Of a stretch of 41,000 nt of DNA, positions 33,001-41,000 are shown one piece after another. Numbering within the stretch: the stretch's first letter is position 1; every line of letters starts with the position of its first letter. Both the position numbers and the translations under genes were made by a program. A model generated the notes under the pieces. It ran no database searches and had not been told where the DNA came from. It was given only the letters and a program-made list of their open reading frames with translations. The stretch is from Marsupella aquatica (taxonomy: Eukaryota > Plantae > Marchantiophyta), in contig OZ316891.1 in the NCBI GenBank assembly GCA_973895155.1, positions 32,086,008-32,127,007 of the forward strand. Direction: 5' to 3'.

Positions 33001-34719
33001 GCCGATTTCTTTTCTTTCTCCAGTAGTTTCAGCAGACTCTGCATGCCTGGTTGCTGCATCGGCAAGTCTTCCTTCCTGGGCCTAAACACCTGCTCGATCA
33101 TAGGACTAACAGGTGGTTGAGGCTTCTCAGCCAACGGCCTCGGCGTTGGAGCTTCCTCGGGTGCCCTTACCTGCAGGGGAAGTACCGGGGCAAAAGTCTG
33201 ACCTCTGGCATACCGGCACAACAGCGGCATGTGATAGCCAAGCCGCGACACGCTCCCCATGCCGATTACCTGCTGTTCCTCCTTTAAGATCTTCTTCAAT
33301 TGGTTGAGGAGGTACCCGTTGTAGTCCCGGCTTGGGTCTGGCCTTTCTGCCAGATAGACCTGTGCCTTGCCGATCTCTGCCCTCGGCAAGTTACAATGCA
33401 TGGTCACCCGCAAGAAGTCGATCATCTCTCCTATGTGCGGGTTGGTGCAGGTGTTCCGGAAGAAGCCATTCTTCGTTGATGGCCCGGGGAACGACCGGAA
33501 CTCCTTGTCAGGCAGGGTCTTCCTGGTATCAACTTTGGTCTTATTGCCTATCGGCAAGCCAAACACTTCGGCAATTACCTTGGGAGTAAGATAGAAATCC
33601 TTCCCATATATCCTCGTGCAATTGGTCTCGGGTTCCCATGACCCCACGAATTCTAATAGGTCTGACTCCGGTACCTCCGGCTTCAGCCATGGTAATCTTA
33701 CAAAGGCCTCCAAGTCGGATCCGGCCATGAAGCCTTGGTACTTCTTGGTCTGCATGGCCGTAAAGCATGCATCCTCCTCCCGTGCAAAATGTAGTTGCAC
33801 CTCCACCGGTAGGGTTGCCGCCCAGCCCTTCCAGGTGTCATCCCTGGTTGGAATGGCCTTGATGGGATCGACCTCCTCCTCTTCGGCTTCTCCCTGCCTC
33901 CTGCTCTGCTGCTCGGCTGGCCTCTTTGGTGCCGCCGACCTCGTTCTTTTTGCCGGGGTGGCTTCATCGTTGACGGCCCCCTTCCTCTTCATCTCTGCTG
34001 CCGTGGAGGTTTCTCCTAGCACCGTTGCCTGGGTCCACCTTTCCGTGCTACCCTTTAATTCCCAGTGTATGTCGTTGCAGTTCTTGATGGCCCCTCGGAT
34101 GCCGACGACGCTGTCTTTGCAAAACAGAAGATCGTCGAGTTGATTGGAAGTAGGCGTCCACAGGAACTCATCCTTGATGAGTTCGCCTCCTAAGAAAGCC
34201 GTCTTCTGCAGCTCCCACAATCGAGCGAGCTCCTGCCGTTCTCGAGCTGCCCTTTCTGACTCCTCGTCCTCGTAAGTCTTGATGTACTCAGTTGCCCGTT
34301 CGAACAGGCATCCCCAGAAATGTGCCGCTTGATTGACGTTGCTCATACCCTCCTTAGGTCGATCGTCGGTATCTACTCTCTCCCCGAGTGCTTGCCTAAG
34401 CAGCTGACAGTAGTTGGCCTCCCGTAGTTGTCTGCCTAGTTCGTGCTCGCAAATGAGCCACCATCTCCTGCAAGCGCTCCTTACCCCTCTCCTCTGCCGG
34501 TCCTTCTTCCCGTTGATCCTTCCTAGCCGCCGACGCTTAACGCGCCCTAACCCTAATCGGGTTTTCACCCTCAGCCTTACCTCCGGCCTCTGCCCGGGTT
34601 CCATGGTTGCCCCTAATTGTTTATATTTTCCTTGTTTTGTCCCTATACTAAGGTGTTCCTAGGGTGCCTTCCTGCTTTACCCACTTAACCGGCCGAGTGA
34701 TTCCTATCTAGGCATCACA
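30060..34719 (-). repeat. 3' LTR of element B (4660 bp)
   Basis: Minus strand starts TGTGAT at 34719 right after the PPT and ends CCACA at 30060. Only 632 bp of the partner LTR are visible, so the inner boundary rests on the PPT. Confidence 0.85.
30981..34604 (-). pseudogene. ~1207-codon accessory ORF inside LTR B, split by one TAG
   Basis: ORFs 32580-34604 and 30981-32576 are in frame, and TAG 32580-32582 is CAG in B'. Contains GKDFYLTPKVIAEVFGLPIG and a ~250-aa coiled coil. Confidence 0.85.
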
Positions 34720-37700
34720 TAGCTCCCCACTTAATTGTGAAGCGTCCTCGCGAACAACTTCATCTTCGTCCATATAGTATTTCTTGAGGCGGTCATAATG
34801 GATGCGAACTGGATATACCTCTCCCGTAATGTTGGCCAATTGTACGGAGCCATTGGGGAACATCATGGTTACTCTAAAGGGTCCTAACCAGCGAGTGTAA
34901 AGCTTTCCTGGAAACCTACTATACCTACTGTCATAAAGTAGCACAAGATCACCGGTATGAATACTAACTACTGTTAACCTTTTATCATACTGCTGCTTCA
35001 TGATATTCTGTCTATATTCTACTCTCTCGGCTGAAATCATTCTCGCTTCCTCTAAAGCTTCTAACCTATATTCTCGCTCCTTTAGGCTCTCCTCCGCTGA
35101 GGCTCTTTCCTCAATTGTAACTTGAAATGTCGGTATCTCAAGTTGCATGGGTACCAGGGCTTCTTGTCCAAAGGTTAAGAAGAAGGGTGTATGACCGGTA
35201 GTGGATTTATAGGCAAGATTGTAAGCAAAAACAGCAGCAAACAATTTATCATCCCAATCGAGTTTGTTCTGAGCTACTGTCTTGTTCAATATCTTTCCTA
35301 TGATTCCGTTTGCTCGTTCTGTCAACCCGTTTGCCTTTGGATGGTAGGGAGTAGTAGGCCTATGTTTAACTAAATACTACTCATTTAAACGACTAATTAT
35401 ATCATTCAAAAAATGGGTTCCTCTATCACTAACTAATTCTAGGGGTGCTCCATACCTGGTGAAGATCTGCTCATACATGAATCTAGCCGTAGTAATTGCA
35501 TCATCCTTCGTTGTTGGTCTGGCCTCTACCCATTTAGTTGCATAATCCGTAGCCAGGATTATGTACTTGTTCCGTCGAGGGTGGGTCAGTGGTTTCAGAG
35601 GTCCAATGTAATCAATACCCCACTTCTCGAATGGTGCCAGAGGTAGAATAGGGTGCAGTGGATGCCTGGTGGACGCCCTTGGTCCTCCCGCTCGTTGACA
35701 AGGATCGCATTGTTTGATAAACTGATAGACATCTTTGTGCAAGGTGGGCCACCAGTAACCGGCATTTAATATCTTCTTAGACGTGGTTACTAGGGAAAAA
35801 TGTCCTCCGGCCTCCTCTCCATGCATGGCCCGTAGGACTCGTTTTACCTCTCTCTTTTCCAAACATCTTTGAATCGTGCCGTTGATTCCATGCTTGTGCA
35901 GTATGCCTTTAATGCACTGATACTGTCTGACCTTCCGCACAAAGACTGCGGCTTGCTCTCGGCTTAATCCTGGCTGTAATCTGGAAGTGCTGAGAAATTG
36001 TAAAATCTCAGGGTACCATGTACCAGCTATTTCCACAACGAATAGCTCCTCGTCGGGGAATCGATCATCGATGCAATCCGTGGCAGGTTTACCTGTGATC
36101 CTTGAAAAGAAGTCGGCATTGGCATGTAACTTTCCCGGCTTGATCCTCAGCTCATAGTCAAACTCCTGTAATAGCAAAATCCATCTTGCTACTCTGCCTG
36201 TAAGGTCCGGCTTATTGACTAGGTACTTCAAACTTTCATGATCAGTATGAAAGATTACCTTGTACCCTAGTAAATAATGCCTAAAATTTTTACAAGAATA
36301 AATGACTCCTAATGCTTCTCTTTCCGTGGTAGAGTAGTTCCGTTCGGCATCGGCAAGCTGACGGCTTGCGAAGTATATGGGATGGTCCCTTCCTTTCTCA
36401 TCCAACTGACTTAGTACTGAGCCAATACAGAAGCCCAAGACATCTACAAAAACATGAAAATCTTTGTTCCAGTCCGGTGCTATCATGACTGGGGCCTCTA
36501 CTAACATCTGCTTCAATTCTACCACCGCTGTGACTCGTTCGGGCGTGGGTTCGAAGTCTGCTCCTGCCTTGAGCATATTGGTTAATGGTAAAGCCAGCTT
36601 GGAAAAATCCTTGATGAACCGGCGATAGTAACCAATGCATCCCAAGAAGGATCTTACATCCTTTATGTTCTTAGGTTGCATGATATCTAGCCATACTGCT
36701 AGCTTACCTTTGTCAATCTCAATGCCCTTCCTTGATACCTTGTGACCTAGTAGCACCCCCTCGGTTACTGCAAAAAAACATTTATCTGGGTGTAACTTGA
36801 GACCCACCTCTCTACATCTCATGAAGGTTTTCCTGAGGTATTTAGCATGTTTGGTGACTCCATGCAAACACATCCTGAAATTCAATCAATAAGTCACTGA
36901 TCTCTTTCTCGAGCTCAGGTGCTAGGTTTCTCCCTAAGTTCAGTTCTCTTCCCTCTCCTAAGTCGAGCTTCCGATATTGCCGTGCTTGGATCATATTAAT
37001 CTGCTTCTTCAAATTTGGGTCCAGTTCGGCTTCCAGTCTCTCTAATCTCATACCTCCATAAACTGGGATCTCGGCTGGACTAGCCGAGTCGGTCCCTTCC
37101 TTGGTGTCCATAGATTGTCCCCTTACCGGTCTATTTGGTTTTGAATTAGTGGTCGGCTCCCCTTCCTGCCTTGGCTCTGGATCGTGTCTGTCCATCTCAT
37201 CCACTTCTTGCTCCTGAGAGTTAGGCCGCTGTGCTCTCTCGGCTTCTAATAGGGCCTCAATTTGTTCTGCCCTCGTAATCGGCTTGTATGCCGATCCCTT
37301 GGTATTTAATTCCTTGCCGATGATCGATGGCGTTGTGGACCCCGTCGGCTCTGCCACAACGCCTGCAGAAAATCCACTGTCCCTGCTACTGCTCCCCACT
37401 TAGCCGTTTCATCCAATTGGTCTACATCCTTTACTTCCTCCGGAATTGCAGCTAAAAAGGTGGATTCTATTGTAAAGCAGTCCTCGACCTCTTCGTCTTC
37501 TTCTTCCAAGTCACCTTCCATTGGTTCTTGCCATAATCCGCTGGGGGGTACCTCTGGTCCAAAGACACCTTCTTCGGTTAGGTTAGTGAGGCATTCTACC
37601 CAACGTACTTCATCGGCTGACTCCAGTCCACTATCGTACCCATCTACTTCCCTTATGCTTTTCCTACGGTCATCCTTAGTGTCCCAGGATACCGTGATAG

Positions 37701-40299
37701 AGGGGGTCCCGAAAGTGAACTGCTTTTTACCCCAATCTTCTATTACCTCGGCTAGGTACAGCCATGGCCTACCAATCAATAGCCGGAATGACGTAGGATT
37801 TACCGGCTTCATTACTACATAGTTAATGCTAAAGAAGATACCTCCTATCTCTGTCTTGATGCCGGTTAACACTCCCGTCGGAATGACCTGATATCCATTG
37901 GCCATGTTCAACACTCTTCCAGTCATCTCCGGTGTTAGACCCCACCCTTTTGCTGTTGAATCAATCATAATACATACCCCTGATCCTCCATCGATGGGTA
38001 CCCATAGTAATAATTCTCCTTGAATCATTAATGGTAATGCTGGGGCTCCTTGATCTTCTTCTATCATTAGTACGTCGGATCTGGTTGCTACCTTGGGTAA
38101 TCTCGGCTTGCCGAGAATAGCCTTCCTTAATTGCTTCCGGAAGTACGGGCTATTTTTCAATAGTTGACCTACTGTTGCCGAGACTCTAGATTCTAGTACA
38201 TCTTTAGCCAGGTCATAGGGAACAATCGGCTTCTCTTCTGGTGGTGTTTCCGTCTTGGATTCGGCCAGTTTTGCCACGCTAGTCTCCACAGCTGTTGGGT
38301 CTTCCGAAGCAAACAATGCTTTTGCTCATTTTACATCCTTGGCAATGGCTTCGGTATTCTCCAGGGTTTCTAATTCTCTTAGTTGTTCCTTAACACTAGC
38401 CGTAACAGAGGGGTAGAACAACTTAGGATGATCTCGATTGAAGTCGCTATCTTGTGAAGGATTGGTTTCACTGGTGGGCTCATGGCTTACCTGTATTGCC
38501 GGAGCCCTCCCTTCTCCTTCTGTTGATGTTGACGAAGAGTCGATCCTTTCCTCCGTAACCTTCCCTTTATTTTTGGCCAGCCCATCCCACCTTTCCTTCC
38601 TTCTGGTAGATCGAGTAGAGACCCGGTAGCAATCATGATCTAAATCCTCCTCTGAGAAGGTTGATAGGGCTTCGGCCTCATCATCAGATGGTACGAACTC
38701 TGCCTCGGCATCCTCTTGCCATCCTAGTTCGATGTGGTTGATTTGAACTCCTCCGGGGGTAGTACCTGGCGGTAAGATCTTGATCGGCAAAAGCTTATGA
38801 TTTGCGGCCAGGCCTGCCAACCAAGTAGGACATTGCCCTAGCATATGACCTTCCTGTCGGCATCCCATACATAGCTGAGCTGGTTGTCCATCACCCTGTT
38901 TGCGTGCATTCGGGCATTCTCTAGCAAAATGGCCAGGTTGACCACAATTATAGCACGCCGCAAATCTTTGCACATTCGGCCTAGGAGGTACTGACGGGTT
39001 CTGAATAATCCGAGGATACATCTCTACTGGATTGTTCCTTAACCCTGACCACAGAGATGCAGGTCTGTTGGATAGGTCTCGTGCTCCAGTCTCACTGATG
39101 CCGAAAACACTATCAGCGGCATCTCCCAAAAAGTACTCTACTTCTCCCTGACATGGTCTGATCTCGGCCACATGCCGAACATGATTAGTATTAAGCTTAG
39201 GACACGCATCTTTATGGTGTCCGGTTTTATAACATAAGGCACACCATACAGAGCTATCCTCCTGTACTACCTTCTTCTTTGGTTTTACCTCTGCAATGAT
39301 AGCCTTAAGTTGCTCGGTAAGGGCTACGATGTTATCTGGTGGCTTAGCCTCCATCTTGACTTTCGTCTTCCCTCTCCTTCTGCCCTTCCTTTTCCTAGTT
39401 TTTTCTTCTTCAGAACTAGAAGATGACTCACTCTTGCTACTCCCACTATCCGAGCTTGACTTATCACTTCTAGACTTCTTGGGATGTTTCTTCTTCTTAT
39501 CTTTTTTCTTATGGGGTGATCCCTCCTCTGATGAGGAACTCTCAGACTTAAGCTGTTTCTTCCGGCTTGTGATATCTGCATTAATGTATAATTGAATATC
39601 CTTAATTGCTTCGGCTAAAGTCTCCGGGTTCTCCTTCCTAATTGCAAAACTCATCTTCTGTGGCAAAGCATTCACCAACCATTGAAGTTGCATACCTTCA
39701 GATGCATTGGTCTTTGTACGTCTTACCAGTTTCTGAAAGCGTTGCAAGAACTTCCTGAAGGATTTGTTCTCCTTGAACCGAAGTTGTCCCAACTTCAGCA
39801 CTGCTAGTTCTGAAGTTCCAATGGGTCGAAACTCCTTAACAAAGAGTGTTTTGAAGATATCCCAGATGGCTTGATCTTCCACATCTAATGCTCTGTACCA
39901 AGGCCTAGCCTCACCCTTGAACAGGCCGGGAAGAATCTGCATCTTGATGGCCGATTCTCCATTTGCTGCAGCGGTTCCCTCGAAATCATCCAACCATTCG
40001 TCCGGATCCTCATCTCCTCTCCCATGAAATGCCTTGTAATGTATGCGCGACCGCTGGCTCAATCTGGTCCCTGGCCTCTCGTCTGGCCGTGCCTCTGGTT
40101 CCCCCATGTCGGTTGGAGACTCACTTCTCCTTACCGACTCTTCTTCTGGTATGTCTTCTTCGACGCCACTTCCAGTTTCGGAGCTACCAGCTCTTTCTGC
40201 CCCTCTCAGTCGCTGTGTATCATGCCACCCGGCGAGCTGCTGCAGTCGAGCTCTCTCCCGTTGAATCACTCTTTCTTCCCTCGGCGTAAGGTCAGTCAT
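34708..40299 (-). pseudogene. gag-pol: Decayed gag-pol of element B
   Basis: Gag with three CCHC knuckles, in-frame TGA 38326, protease IDGGSG, frameshift near 37310-37400, RT core deleted at 36852, RNase H, and integrase with in-frame TAG 35377. Confidence 0.93.
34720..34734 (-). promoter_or_regulatory. Polypurine tract of element B
   Basis: Minus strand TTAAGTGGGGAGCTA then TG, in the same position at the integrase end as in A. Confidence 0.85.
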
Positions 40300-40345
40300 T
40301 ACCTACGCTTCCGTTCTAACTTCATATCTCACGGCTTAAGAAATG

Positions 40346-40364
40346 CCCCCTCCATCTAGCGCCA
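40346..40364 (-). promoter_or_regulatory. Primer binding site of element B (primer unassigned)
   Basis: Minus strand TGGCGCTAGATGGAGGGGG after a 4-nt spacer from the LTR end. Confidence 0.7.
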
Positions 40365-40368
40365 AAAA

Positions 40369-41000
40369 TGTGGTGCGTCCCATGGCTCCCTAAACCCAAG
40401 AAACCCCCCAGCTCAAGCCGATTCCCGCAAGTTTCGTGCTTGGCGAGGCCGTTTCCGCGGCTTAGCGGCATGGGACGCTGCTAACCTTCTACTACTACTA
40501 TTAACATTTTACACACATATACTGGACAGATCCTTCATCGGGTCATGAGATACGTAGCCGGCCTAATATAGGCCTTCCCCTGTCTTCCCCTGTCTTCCCC
40601 TCCGTCTTGTTAGGTATGTTTGGATTCCGTCGCCGGAATGATCCCCAATAGGCTTGGTTAAGCCGCTAAGACCTCTCTCAGCTCGACACATCCAACTCTC
40701 ACTCCCCTGCTTACTTTCCTTCCTTCTGTTGATGTGGGCACTCTTCACACAAGTTAATGCGACACACAAATAGCAAAATGACTCATTCTGACTGAGTCAT
40801 ACCATGCACTTGCCATACAAACAGTACATCTCATACACAAGTTCTGCGAACTAAGCCGTGAGGCCAACTCTATTCAGCTCTTAGGCATGAGGAAACATGA
40901 ATATACACAAGGGTCACTGTATGACTAACCGAGAGCTTCTCGTACTACTTGATCCCAGCCCGGCTGGTGCAAACTAAAAACTTGCTAAAGAAGAGGCCCT
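40369..41000 (-). repeat. 5' LTR of element B (partial)
   Basis: Matches 30060-30691, with two substitutions seen. Confidence 0.93.

Larger units (their letters stand above)
30060..41000 (-). mobile_element. Element B: defective Ty3/Gypsy LTR retrotransposon (5' LTR runs off the window)
   Basis: 30060-30691 repeats at 40369-41000 (offset 10309). PBS, PPT and a broken gag-pol homologous to that of A are present. Confidence 0.95.

Overview
Eukaryotic, land-plant-like (possibly bryophyte, which I cannot prove) repeat-rich DNA built almost entirely of nested Ty3/Gypsy LTR retrotransposons around one broken intron-containing gene. Element A (2519-17400, minus) has an intact 2132-aa gag-pol and near-identical 4132-bp LTRs, each carrying a complete 618-aa ORF, but its flanks lack a matching target-site duplication. 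Element B (30060->41000, minus) has a decayed gag-pol and a 4660-bp LTR holding a ~1207-codon ORF. A second deleted copy, B', occupies 1-2518. Element C (20911-27434, plus) has 1391-bp LTRs and TSD TCAGA, lacks RT and integrase, and shares its PBS with A. A truncates and C interrupts a spliced gene (17401-28785). Once C and three introns are removed, it reads as one frame: ParB/Srx-like domain, beta-class N4/N6 DNA-methyltransferase-like domain, acidic linker, FCP1/NIF HAD phosphatase-like domain. A phased 22-bp repeat array follows it. All domain calls come from motif recognition by eye.
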